Source: an uncultured Chloroflexia bacterium
GTDB taxonomy: Bacteria > Chloroflexota > Limnocylindria > Limnocylindrales > CSP1-4
Assembly: GCA_963778955.1 (NCBI GenBank)
Contig: CAVZWI010000001.1
Coordinates: 218,823-282,822 of the forward strand
Direction of reading: 5' to 3'
DNA length: 64,000 nucleotides
Numbering within the stretch: position 1 is the stretch's first letter; every line of letters starts with the position of its first letter. Below the pieces are notes generated by a model. It searched no databases, was not told where the DNA came from, and saw only the letters and a list, made by a program, of their open reading frames with translations. Below are positions 45,406 through 54,493 of the stretch, piece by piece. The translations under genes and the position numbers were made by a program.

Positions 45406-45585
45406 CTAGAAGCGGCGGCGCCCCGGGGTGACGGCAGCGCCTACCACGGCCGCCTTGGCGACGGGGGAGGGACCGGGCTTGACGGCAGCGCCCACGACCG
45501 CCGCCTTGGCGACGGGGGAGGGACCGGGCTTGACGGCAGCGGTCACGACCGCGGCCTTGGCGACACGAGATGGTCTGAGCGGCAT
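45406..45585 (-). CDS. 59-aa tandem-repeat microprotein (not in the ORF track)
   Basis: TAAGGAG Shine-Dalgarno overlapping the upstream stop, ATG 45585, translation MPLRPSRVAKAAVVTAAVKPGPSPVAKAAVVGAAVKPGPSPVAKAAVVGAAVTPGRRRF*, TAG at 45406-45408. Confidence 0.75.
   Translation of the reverse strand: MPLRPSRVAKAAVVTAAVKPGPSPVAKAAVVGAAVKPGPSPVAKAAVVGAAVTPGRRRF
45429..45562. repeat. 51-bp tandem repeat, about 2.6 copies
   Basis: Units start at 45429, 45480 and 45531 (TGACGGCAGCG...GCCTTGGCGAC...); differences fall mostly at third codon positions of the minus-strand frame. Confidence 0.9.
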
Positions 45586-45595
45586 ATCAAGCTCC

Positions 45596-46045
45596 TTACG
45601 CTTCGGCCGCCGCGTCGGCTTCGACGGCGGCGATGATGGCCTGGATGGGGATGCGGCCGTCAGCGATCAGCTGGCCGCCGGCGCGACGGACCGATGACGC
45701 GAACGGTGCCGCCCACAGATTCTCATAGATAAGGACACCGGCCACGCTGCCGGGAGCCATGGCCTCAGCGAGGGTCGCGACGTCGTCCGCAGCGAGCGTT
45801 TCGACGAGCTGTTCTTCGATGTGCTCAAGCTCGCCGAGCTCAGCAAGATCGGAGACCTCATCGGCCTCGAAGGAGCCGTCCTCGTCCTTGACGATGATGA
45901 CCAGGTCCATGATACGGATGGTTCCCGCATCGTGAAGCTTGACCAGCTCGGTCACGCTCTCACCGGTGAAATTCTGGTGACCGGCGGGGAATTCGACGAT
46001 CAGGTAGTCGACGGGCCCCAACTCGTCGATCGATCTCTCGGTCAT
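45596..46045 (-). CDS. DUF6325-like protein
   Basis: LGPVDYLIVEFP...IRIMDLVIIVKDEDG...GVLIYENLWAAPF...GGQLIADGRIP; GAAAGGAAAG before ATG 46045. Confidence 0.8.
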   Translation of the reverse strand: MTERSIDELGPVDYLIVEFPAGHQNFTGESVTELVKLHDAGTIRIMDLVIIVKDEDGSFEADEVSDLAELGELEHIEEQLVETLAADDVATLAEAMAPGSVAGVLIYENLWAAPFASSVRRAGGQLIADGRIPIQAIIAAVEADAAAEA

Positions 46046-46120
46046 GCTCTTTCCTTTCGATGTGGCCGATTTGCCCGCCACTGGCAGGCACGATTGACGC
46101 ACGACACGAACGGCATCGCA

Positions 46121-46137
46121 TCATCCGGACTGGATGA
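46121..46137. promoter_or_regulatory. Inverted MalT-box-like site 2 (TCATCC-GGACT-GGATGA)
   Basis: Perfect inverted hexamers 75 nt upstream of the DUF6325-like ATG. Confidence 0.8.
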
Positions 46138-46258
46138 CACGGACAGTATGGCCGACCTGGCCGGTCGAATCGCGGAGCATCGGCTATCCGAAGCGGTCCA
46201 GACACGCTCAGCCGTCCGGCATGCTGGCGCGGTGGAGCGCCTCGGAACCTGGGCCGGA

Positions 46259-49163
46259 TCGAGCCGGCGGCGCCGGCTCCGACCGCCTGTGCATTGTGCT
46301 GCGCGTGGAGCTTGAGCTCGTCCGCCTGGATCATCGGCTTCAAGTCGAAGACGACGTTCTTGACGGTGCCGGTGAACGCGTATGGGGCCCTGTCCTCGTA
46401 GGCGAGATCGACGACGCCGCCGTTGTCACGACCGATGTCCATACCGGCATAGGTGGTGAAGATCAGCGAGACCGTCTTCTCCAGGCGACCTTCGCCGATC
46501 TGCTTGTCGTTCGCCCAAAGCGTCACCCGGCCACCCGCGGCGTGCTCTGTCGAATCCGCTTCGAACAGCATCTTGACGGTGACCGCTCCGGTGGGGATGG
46601 GCTCGGTCGAGGTCTGCTTGTAGGTCTCGATGCCGAGGTACTGGTAGGTGTGGTTGAGCAGGCCCTTCTCGTCGACCCACAGGGCGAAGCCCCCGATGAA
46701 GTCGGCGAAGGCCACGAGGACACCCTCGGCGCCATCGGCCGGCACATCGACGTTCGCCTCGATGGCGTACGAGCGCCCGTAGATACGGGGGATCATCGAG
46801 GTCTGGATGTTCTGGACATCGCCGGCGTAGTTGAACCGGGTGATGGTCGGCAGCGGTGGCAGATCGCCCATCCACACCGAGAAGGGCGCCAGCAGCGGCA
46901 GCACGTGATTCCGCTCGGCCTCTTCCCAGAACAGGTCCTGCAGCTCCTTGAGCTTCTCGGGGTTCTCGGCGGCCAGATTCCTGGCCTGAGAGAAGTCGTC
47001 GGGCAGGTAGTAGAGCTCCCAGACGTCATCGTCTGTGCTGTACTTGCCAGGGGCGAAGCGGGCCAGGGTCTCCGGCGTGAAGTCCCAGGGAGCCTTGTCC
47101 AGCTTGGTGCAGGCCCACCAGCCGTCCTTGTACATCGCCCGGCTGCCGAGCATCTCGAAGTACTGAACGCTGTGCCGCTCCTCGGCCTTCGGCTCATCGA
47201 AGGTGTAGAGGAAGCTGGTGCCGTCCATGGGCTCCTGCTCGATGCCGTCGACCATGCTGGGCGCCGGGATGCCGACCGCCTCGAGGATCGTGGGAACGAT
47301 GTCGATGCAGTGGGTGAACTGCTCGCGCAGGTCACCGCCAGCCGGGATATGCCCCGGCCAGGCCACGACCATCGGGTCGCGGGTGCCCCCCAGGTGGCTG
47401 GCCATCTGCTTGCCCCACTGGAACGGCGTGTTGTTGGCGTGGGCCCAGGCAGCCGCGAAGTGCGGCGCCGTGTGGAAGCCGCCGAGGGCCTCGATGCCAC
47501 CGAACTTCTCGATGATCTTCAGCTGCTGGTCGGCGTCGAGGATGGCGCCATTGAAGAAGGTCGTCTCGTTGAACGAGCCCGTCAGGGTGCCTTCCATGCT
47601 GGAGCCGTTGTCACCCCAGATGTAGATGATGAGCGTGTTCTCCAGGTCGCCCATCTCCTCGATGGCGTCGAGCAGGCGGCCGATGTTCCAGTCGGCGTTC
47701 TCAGAATAGCCCGCGAAGACCTCCATCTGGCGCGCATAGAGCTTCTTCTGGGCATCGGTGAGTGAGTCCCAGGCCGGGAAGAGCTCGGGCCGCTCACTCA
47801 ACTCGGTGTCCTGCGGGACCACGCCGAGCTGCTTCTGGCGCTCCAGCGTAGCCTCACGGTACGCGTCCCAGCCCTCGTCGAACTTGCCCGCGTACCTGTC
47901 CGCCCACTGCTTGGCGACATGGTGGGGCGCGTGACTGCAGCCGGTGGAGTAGTACATCATCCAGGGCTTCTCGGAGTCCTGCGCCCGGACCGCGTGCAGC
48001 CACTCGACGGACTTGTCGGTGATGTCGTCGGGGAAGTAGTACTCGTGGCCGTCCTTGCCCTGGGGCACCCCGATGGTGGTGTTGTCCACGGTGATGATGG
48101 GGTCGTACTGCCCGGCTGCACCGGTGAGGAAGCCCCACCAATGGTCGAAGCCCCAGGACTGGGGCCAGTGGTCGAAGGGGCCGGCCGCGCCCATCTGGCT
48201 CCCCGGGGTCAGGTGCCACTTGCCGAAGCCACCGGTGACGTAGCCGTTCTCCCGCAGGATCCGGGGCAGGGCCGTGCAGCTCCGAGGTCGTTCACCGGTG
48301 TAGCCGGGATACGGAGCGGGCAGCTCAGCGATGGTGCCCATGCCCACGCGATGGTGATTGCGACCGGTGAGCAGCGCGGCCCGCGTGGGCGAGCAGACGG
48401 CGGTCACGTGGAAGCGGTTGTAGGTCAGGCCCATCTGCTGGACGCGGGTCAGGGTCGGGGTGGAGATGCCACCACCGAAGGTGTCCGGGCCACCGAAACC
48501 GGCGTCGTCGATGAGCACGACCAGCACGTTGGGTGCGCCTTCGGGGGCCTTGGGGCTGGGCATGATGGTCCAGTCGCCGACGGACTGGTCCAGCGTGCGG
48601 CCCATGGTGCCGCCGAACTTGCGGTCGGGGATGGGCAGCACGGTCCGGTCGGGCTTGAACTTGCCCATCGCCTCCATGAGGGAGTCCTTGAGCGCCGCGG
48701 TGCCCTTCTTGTCGGTCTGGACGACGGACTTCAGGAGTGAGCCCGAGAGTGACTGCTCGACAGCCAGGCGCTGCCCCTCGTCGAACTCGGCGATGATGGC
48801 TGCCGAGCCGGACGGCAGCGCCTCTCCGATCTTGTCGTGGAACCCCGCTGCCAGCTTGTGGTCGGCGAACTTGCCGACGATGGCGCCGCCGGCTGCGCCG
48901 ACGACGGTCGCAGCCAGCAGTGGTGGCGCCGCGAGGCCGACCAGGAAGCCCACGCTGCCGCCCCACTTGGCACCAGTGCGACCGAGATGGTCGCCGGTCT
49001 GCTGGACGACGACGTTGCCGTCCGTGTCATGGGTGATGAGGATGGCGGCCTCGATGGCGACGGAATTCGCCTGTACCTTCTCGATGAGCGCATCGAAGTC
49101 GGTGGTCGCGGTGGCCACGTCTTGGTAGCCGGCGACGAGAACGTCAGTGAGTTCCTGAGCCAT
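46259..49163 (-). CDS. atsB: Arylsulfatase with an N-terminal DUF1269-like domain (AtsB-type); true stop probably disrupted by an inserted base at 46261
   Basis: PNVLVVLIDDAG, formylglycine motif CSPTRAALLTG, FGKWH, GCSHAPHH and WGDNG. Protein ends QAVGAGAAG, followed by T(C)GA. Confidence 0.88.
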
Positions 49164-49250
49164 CGGATCGAACCTCCAAGATCGCCGGTCCGGGCGAAGA
49201 TCCGCTACCGGCGGGTATCGGTGGCGATCGGTCTTCCGCCACCAGGGTCG

Positions 49251-49790
49251 TCAGTCTCGCGCGGCAACCAGCGCCGTGTGCGCTTCGGCCTCCTCGGCCG
49301 TCATCAGGCCGATGGCAACCAGGTCGACGGGATCGATGAAGCCTTCGTCGATCCTGAAGCCACCCGCGCGGCCAAGCGCGTCCCGCAGTGGCACCGCCCA
49401 ATGGTGCTCGATGAGCAGCAGGGCCGCGGCCGAATCGCGCGGGATGCTGGCCACGACGTCCCAGGCATCCTCTTCGGTGAAGACCCCGGCGTCCGTGCTG
49501 GCCGCATACTCGGCTCCAAGCTCGGCTCCGCTCTCTGCGCCCTCCTCGCCGGCGTACCCGAGCCCGATCAGCGCACCGATCTTGGAACCGAGCTCGATCG
49601 ACTCGTCCTCGCTGAGGTTGCCCAGGCGCATGCTGGCGACATCGCCGTCGGCACTCTTGACGACCGTGAGGCTGTCGATGAGACGGATCGTATCCGACTC
49701 GCGGAGTCGTTCGATCTCGTCGAGGACCTCGCCCTGGAAGTCCGGGTGGTCAAAGCCGATCACGAGCAGCTGGATGGGTCCGATGGCCAT
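49251..49790 (-). CDS. Second DUF6325/DUF1269-like protein
   Basis: MAIGPIQLLVIGF...IRLIDSLTVVKSADG...ALLLIEHHWAVPLRDAL; AAGGAGG Shine-Dalgarno. Confidence 0.78.
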   Translation of the reverse strand: MAIGPIQLLVIGFDHPDFQGEVLDEIERLRESDTIRLIDSLTVVKSADGDVASMRLGNLSEDESIELGSKIGALIGLGYAGEEGAESGAELGAEYAASTDAGVFTEEDAWDVVASIPRDSAAALLLIEHHWAVPLRDALGRAGGFRIDEGFIDPVDLVAIGLMTAEEAEAHTALVAARD

Positions 49791-50026
49791 GATGTGTGTC
49801 CTCCTTGGGTTGGCGATGGGGATCTTGACCGGCTGGCAGCCGGGCAGCGGGGGGCCGCCTACGGTGCGGCAGACTCAACGGCCGTCTGGGCGTCCGCCGC
49901 GACCGATTCGACTGCCTCGGCAGCAGCGGAGGCCGCCTCCTGGGCCTCGACGAGGCCGCACTGTGCGGTACCGGCCTGGACTCCGGCCTTCTGGCGAGAC
50001 CATAGGTCGCACGCAGCGCAGCGCCA

Positions 50027-50043
50027 TCATCCGTTCTGGATGA
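50027..50043. promoter_or_regulatory. Inverted MalT-box-like site 3 (TCATCC-GTTCT-GGATGA)
   Basis: Perfect inverted hexamers between the divergent DUF6325-like and BASS genes. Confidence 0.8.
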
Positions 50044-50093
50044 TTTCACGGCCGCGAGTTGAGGAACGCCTGAGCCGCCGGTACAGTCCACCT

Positions 50094-51023
50094 GTGCCCG
50101 ATACCTCCTTCTTGCAGCCGCTACTGGAGGCGGCAGTGACGCCGCTCATCGCGTTCACGCTGTGGACGGCCGGCCTGGGCATGGGCATGTCCATCCAGGC
50201 GGCGGACATCATCGAGTCCCTGGGCCGGCGCCGACTCGTGGCCGGCACGATCGTGCTGGACATCGCCCTGGTGCCGTTCGCCATGTGGGCGATGATCCAG
50301 CTGCTGCAGATCGAGGATGGCCTCGCCACTGGCCTGCTCCTCGTCGCGTTCGCCTCGGCTGGGCCACTGGGGATCAAGCTGGCAGCCGTGGCGGGCGCCG
50401 ATACGGCATACGCCATCGGCATCGTGGTGGCCCTCGAGCTCGCCAACATCGTGATCGTGCCCGCGTGGGTATCGTTGCTGGGTGTCGCGACCGGCAGCGA
50501 GGTCGTCATCGAGATCATCGTGGCGCTGGTCGTGTTCGTGCTGTTGCCGATCGGCGTCGGGCAGGCGATCGGTCGCATCAGACGGGGTGGGTCAGAGAGG
50601 TTCGTCTCCCTGGCGGTGCGGGCCTCCAGCGTCGGTCTTGCGCTCACCATCGCGACCATCGTCGCGCGCGACATCCAGGTCGTCTCGACGGCCATCGCGA
50701 GCGCGGCCGGGCTGGCCGCTGCAGCCGTCGTCGGCTTCGCCCTGGTGGCAGGCTGGTTCATCGGCGGGCCGGAGCGGCCGACCAAGCTCGCCACGAGCCT
50801 GGTCACCGGCACGCGTGCGAACGCGGTCGCGTTGGCTGTCGCCTCCACCGCCTTCGCGGCCGACCCGCAGGTCCTCACGGGGGCCCTGACAGCCGGGCTG
50901 GTCTCGATCACCCTGCCCGGCCTGCTGGCCGTGGTGGTCCGCCGATGGCGGGGGTCGCCGGTGCCGGCGGCTCAGCGACCCGGGAAGCGCCGCGGGGCGG
51001 ACCCGGCCAGCCCCAGCCGCTGA
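50094..51023 (+). CDS. Bile acid:Na+ symporter (BASS/ACR3-like) family transporter
   Basis: GLGMGMS, ALVPFAMW, GLLLVAFASAGP, A(D)TAYAIGIV and SLVTGTRANAVAL; about 9 TM segments. GTG start at 50094 is inferred. Confidence 0.78.
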   Translation: MPDTSFLQPLLEAAVTPLIAFTLWTAGLGMGMSIQAADIIESLGRRRLVAGTIVLDIALVPFAMWAMIQLLQIEDGLATGLLLVAFASAGPLGIKLAAVAGADTAYAIGIVVALELANIVIVPAWVSLLGVATGSEVVIEIIVALVVFVLLPIGVGQAIGRIRRGGSERFVSLAVRASSVGLALTIATIVARDIQVVSTAIASAAGLAAAAVVGFALVAGWFIGGPERPTKLATSLVTGTRANAVALAVASTAFAADPQVLTGALTAGLVSITLPGLLAVVVRRWRGSPVPAAQRPGKRRGADPASPSR

Positions 51024-51032
51024 GGATCTTCC

Positions 51033-51332
51033 TTAGCCGTTGAGGATCTTCTGCTTCTGCGTCGCGAACTCCTCGTCGGTGAGGGCACCCGATTCGTGCA
51101 GGGTCGCAAGCTTCTGGATCTCGGCGATCTTGGCATCCATCGGGTCGGCGGCCGACGGCGGCGCCTGGGGGGCCGCGGCTTGCGCCTGCGCCAGCCCGGC
51201 TTCGTATGCGGCCTGTTGGTCCGCCGCCGACTGCGCCTGGTACTGCTGCTCCATCTGCTGTTCGTGATGGCGCGCGACCGCAGCGCCGGCAACCATGCCA
51301 CGTCGGCGCATGCGCCGTCCTCGTCCCAACAT
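51033..51332 (-). CDS. SHOCT-domain small protein with an Arg/Gly N-terminus and Gln/Ala linker
   Basis: C-terminal IAEIQKLATLHESGALTDEEFATQKQKIL matches SHOCT; AAGGAG Shine-Dalgarno. Confidence 0.88.
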   Translation of the reverse strand: MLGRGRRMRRRGMVAGAAVARHHEQQMEQQYQAQSAADQQAAYEAGLAQAQAAAPQAPPSAADPMDAKIAEIQKLATLHESGALTDEEFATQKQKILNG

Positions 51333-51451
51333 GGGTCTTCTCCTTGCGATACATCGGATGGCGGATCATCCATGGCCGTCGGCCCGTCTGTTCGGATCGG
51401 GCAGTGCTGACGGCTACTCGCCCCACCATAGGGCGGCACACTCGGAGGGCC

Positions 51452-51468
51452 TCATCCGGAATGGATGA
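51452..51468. promoter_or_regulatory. Inverted MalT-box-like site 4 (TCATCC-GGAAT-GGATGA)
   Basis: Perfect inverted hexamers about 120 nt upstream of the SHOCT gene. Confidence 0.8.
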
Positions 51469-51604
51469 ACCGCCAGGCACAACGTACCGGCAGGGCTGAC
51501 GAGCTCGGGCCGCGGCACGAGGCAGGAGCCCTGACCGCGGGCATGGCCGAACCCGCGGAGCCGGGCTCGCGCAGCCGAGCGCGTCGCCTCAGGGGCCGGC
51601 GGAG

Positions 51605-52039
51605 CTACCGATTCCTGTTGCCGCGGGGCGATCCCGGTAGCGGCTGCCTCGGGATACCCTCGAAGGCCCCATCGAGGTCGTATCCGACCGAGGCAGCGAC
51701 CAACGGCGCCGCCGTAACGACCCGCGCCGTGCCCACCGCGGGGGCGACCGCCAGCAGCACATCGACGACGTCCTCGGCCGTGGCACCCGCCCCGAAGGCG
51801 GCCGCCACGGCGGCGTCGATGGCCGCAGATCCCGCGTCGATAGCGATGAGTGCCCCAAGGATGACCAGCCGGCGTGTGCGATCGTCGAGGATGTGCGCCT
51901 TGTCATCCACGTCACCTGCTCGCCGGACACCGACGTACTCCCCCATCATCGCGGCCACCAAGGCCTCGTCATTCAACGCGAGACGCCGGAGCGTTTCCTC
52001 GTAGCCTGGAGGCTGCTGGTGTTGCGTCGATCGAGTCAT
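51605..52039 (-). CDS. Carboxymuconolactone decarboxylase/AhpD-like protein without CxxC
   Basis: LDDRTRRLVILGALIAIDA...AAFGAGATAEDVVDVLLAVAPAVGTARV; contains no Cys. Confidence 0.7.
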   Translation of the reverse strand: MTRSTQHQQPPGYEETLRRLALNDEALVAAMMGEYVGVRRAGDVDDKAHILDDRTRRLVILGALIAIDAGSAAIDAAVAAAFGAGATAEDVVDVLLAVAPAVGTARVVTAAPLVAASVGYDLDGAFEGIPRQPLPGSPRGNRNR

Positions 52040-52119
52040 CGTCGGGAGACACACTCCACGAAGCGCCGTGTCACCCGGGAGGGAACACTGACCGTCCCAT
52101 TGGACCGCCCAGGACAGGC

Positions 52120-54408
52120 TCACGCATCATCCCGACGGGGTGAAACCCCGACTGTCCTGGCCGTCGAGGTGGTCACCCAGCTCGCCGCGTCCAGCACGCT
52201 CGGAACAGCCGCGGGGTCCAAAAGGCCGAAGCGCACGGCCGCGACCACCGCTTCCGAGCGCGAGGAGGCGCCCAGCTTGCGGTAGATGGCGAGAGCTTGT
52301 GTCTTCACCGTGTTGGGCGAAAGGAACAGCCGCTCACCGATCTCCCGGAATGAAAGATGGGTCGCCAGCCAGGGCACCAGGCGAAGCTCGGCGTCCGTCA
52401 GGGCAGACGCACCTGACGCCGACTCTAAGTGAGTCGATACCTGCTCCTTCAGCCGTCGCGTTTCGTCCTCCAGCGCGCCCATCCCGGGCCGACGCCGCAG
52501 GATGTCGCTGGCCTCGCGCAAGAGCAGGCGCGCGGCGGTCGCATCGGCCAAGGCAAGGTGCGCCTGGGCCAGGTCCAGGCGAGCGATGAGCGCGGGCCCC
52601 GGAATGGCCCACGTCAGCAGTGGCCGCACCGTCTGGGCATGGGCAAGGTAGGAACGAGCCAGGGCGAGATCGGCGTCGGCAGTGATGGCCAGGCGCGCCA
52701 GGAGTGCGTCGAACATCGCCTGCATGCCCTGGCCGCCGATACCGTTACGGGCGCGCAACCGTGCCGCCTGTTCAAGGTGCTGCCTGGCGCCCCCCAGGTC
52801 ACCCGCGTCGAGCAGTCCTCTCGCCAGCAGGGCGTAGGCGATCGAGCGCGAGTTGGCATCGGGGCCCTGGGGCCGGTATGGATCGACGACCTCGAGCAAG
52901 GCGGCCTCGCTCTCGGCGGGCCGGCCGTTCATCATCTGGCACAGCCCCAGCGTGGTCAGCGCAGCGCCCCGCCAGGGGCTCCCGCTCCCGATCAGCTCAC
53001 AGGCACGGAGGGCATCCGTCAGTGCGGCGGATGCGCCCGACCGACAGGCGACCGCCGACGCGAGGGCACTCCACCCGGTGCTCTCCTTGCGACCGCCGGC
53101 AGCCGCGTCGTGGAGGGATCGCGCCCAGCGTTCGGCACGCTCTCCTTCCCCGCCGAACGCCAGGACGAAATGCCCGGACATGGCCAGGAGTGGATCGCGG
53201 CGAACCAGGTCGGACTCCTCCGCCCAGTCCAGCCAACGTCGCACCGTGGGCGTGCGGCCGGCGTTGAAGGTGGGCTGCACGAACATGCGGATGAGCCGCG
53301 ACGTGATGTCGTCGTTGCCTGACTCCATGGCGTAGCTGACCGCCTCCACGGGATCGTCATGCAGGGCATACCACTCAGCGGTGCGGCCGCGCAATGTCGC
53401 CAGCAGGTCTGGGTCCGTGCGGTTCAGCTCAGCCGAGAGTGCTTCGCGGAACATGTCGTGGTAGCGGTAGTGATCGCCCTGCACACGCGTCACGAAGGCG
53501 TTGGAGTCGCAGAGCCGGCCGAGCAGGATGGCTGAGCCGCTCCGCTCAAGCACAGCGTCACAGAGGGGTGCGGAGAGCTCCCGCAGGACGGAGGTCCGGA
53601 GCAGGAAGTCGACCTCGTCGGTCGACATGCGCGAGAGGACCTCCGAGTGGATGTACTGACCGAGCAGATCGCGCCCGCGCGACGGCTGGCGACTGGGCGC
53701 CCGAGCGGGATCACCCATGGCGCTGAGAAGCAGCCCGCTGACCCAACCCTCGCAGGCCTGGTTGAGCTGAGCGCCTTGCCCCGCAGCCATCTCGATGCCA
53801 GAGGTGCGCAGCAGCTCCCGGGCCTCGTCATCTGAGAGCCTGAGCTGGTCGACACCGATCTCCACGATGCGTCGTTCCAGGTGGAGCCTGGGCCCGGCCA
53901 GCCCCGTCGCCGCGCGACCGGCGATGACGAGCTGCGACCCCGCGGGCACCTGCAGCGCCAGCGAGTTGACCACATCCAGGCACTCGGGTTCGCTGATCTC
54001 GTGGATGTCATCGATGACCTGGATGAACGGCGACCTCTTCGTCAGCTCAGCGGAGATGCGTGGCATGAGCCGCGACCAGATCGAGGCCGTGGGCATCTCA
54101 AGCGCTTCCTCGATGGCGCGAGCCGATGGCCAGGCTTCCAGGATGGCGAGGGCGATACTGGTGGCCAGAGTCATCGGATCGTTGTCGCGTCGATCGAGCG
54201 ACAGCCACACGACCGGCAGGTCGGCGGACCCGACCCAGCTGTGAAGTAGCGTCGACTTGCCGTATCCGGCTGGTGCGATGACGGTGACGACCCCAGCCTC
54301 CAGCGGATCGGGCCTGAGGCCGAGCAGGCGCTCCCTGGCCACGAGTCGTCGTCGGACCGTGGGCGGCTGCAACTTGGTGACAGCCGAGGGCGATACGATC
54401 GTGGTCAA
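52120..54408 (-). CDS. MalT-like STAND ATPase with a C-terminal LuxR HTH (transcriptional activator)
   Basis: TKLQPP..RRRLVARERL, P-loop APAGYGKST, WLSLDRRDND, Walker B VIDDIH, CEGWVSGL, YRYHDMF, TPR-like helical region, and HTH LTDAELRLVPWLATHLSFREIGERLFLSPNTVKTQALAIYRKLG. Start codon uncertain. Confidence 0.92.
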   Translation of the reverse strand: MTTIVSPSAVTKLQPPTVRRRLVARERLLGLRPDPLEAGVVTVIAPAGYGKSTLLHSWVGSADLPVVWLSLDRRDNDPMTLATSIALAILEAWPSARAIEEALEMPTASIWSRLMPRISAELTKRSPFIQVIDDIHEISEPECLDVVNSLALQVPAGSQLVIAGRAATGLAGPRLHLERRIVEIGVDQLRLSDDEARELLRTSGIEMAAGQGAQLNQACEGWVSGLLLSAMGDPARAPSRQPSRGRDLLGQYIHSEVLSRMSTDEVDFLLRTSVLRELSAPLCDAVLERSGSAILLGRLCDSNAFVTRVQGDHYRYHDMFREALSAELNRTDPDLLATLRGRTAEWYALHDDPVEAVSYAMESGNDDITSRLIRMFVQPTFNAGRTPTVRRWLDWAEESDLVRRDPLLAMSGHFVLAFGGEGERAERWARSLHDAAAGGRKESTGWSALASAVACRSGASAALTDALRACELIGSGSPWRGAALTTLGLCQMMNGRPAESEAALLEVVDPYRPQGPDANSRSIAYALLARGLLDAGDLGGARQHLEQAARLRARNGIGGQGMQAMFDALLARLAITADADLALARSYLAHAQTVRPLLTWAIPGPALIARLDLAQAHLALADATAARLLLREASDILRRRPGMGALEDETRRLKEQVSTHLESASGASALTDAELRLVPWLATHLSFREIGERLFLSPNTVKTQALAIYRKLGASSRSEAVVAAVRFGLLDPAAVPSVLDAASWVTTSTARTVGVSPRRDDA
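52127..52143. promoter_or_regulatory. Inverted MalT-box-like site 5 (TCATCC-CGACG-GGGTGA), inside the last codons of the regulator gene
   Basis: One mismatch; 88 nt upstream of the CMD-like ATG. Confidence 0.65.
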
Positions 54409-54493
54409 CGCGAGCCGAGCAATTTGACACCCTCGAGATGAGTGGACGCCAATGGGGACCGTAGCACGCATACTATGGCCGATGATTGCGGTT

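Noticed and set aside
45429-45562. 51-bp repeats as a CRISPR array or REP element
   Set aside because: The units are contiguous with no unique spacers, there are no cas genes, and the period and variation fit a coding repeat.
45960-46258. 100-aa C-terminal extension of the sulfatase
   Set aside because: It arises from the T(C)GA disruption at 46261, is low-quality Arg/Pro-rich sequence, and overlaps operator site 2 and the DUF6325-like gene.
49829-50010. Coding-like Ala/Glu-rich stretch on the minus strand (QKAGVQAGTAQCGLVEAQEAASAAAEAVESVAADAQTAVESAAP*)
   Set aside because: No in-frame start or Shine-Dalgarno found and it overlaps the predicted promoter. It may be a gene remnant but cannot be supported as a feature.
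48837-50093. N-terminal 420 aa of the 728-aa plus-strand ORF
   Set aside because: It is antisense to the sulfatase and DUF6325-like genes; only the hydrophobic part from about 50094 looks like a real (BASS) protein.
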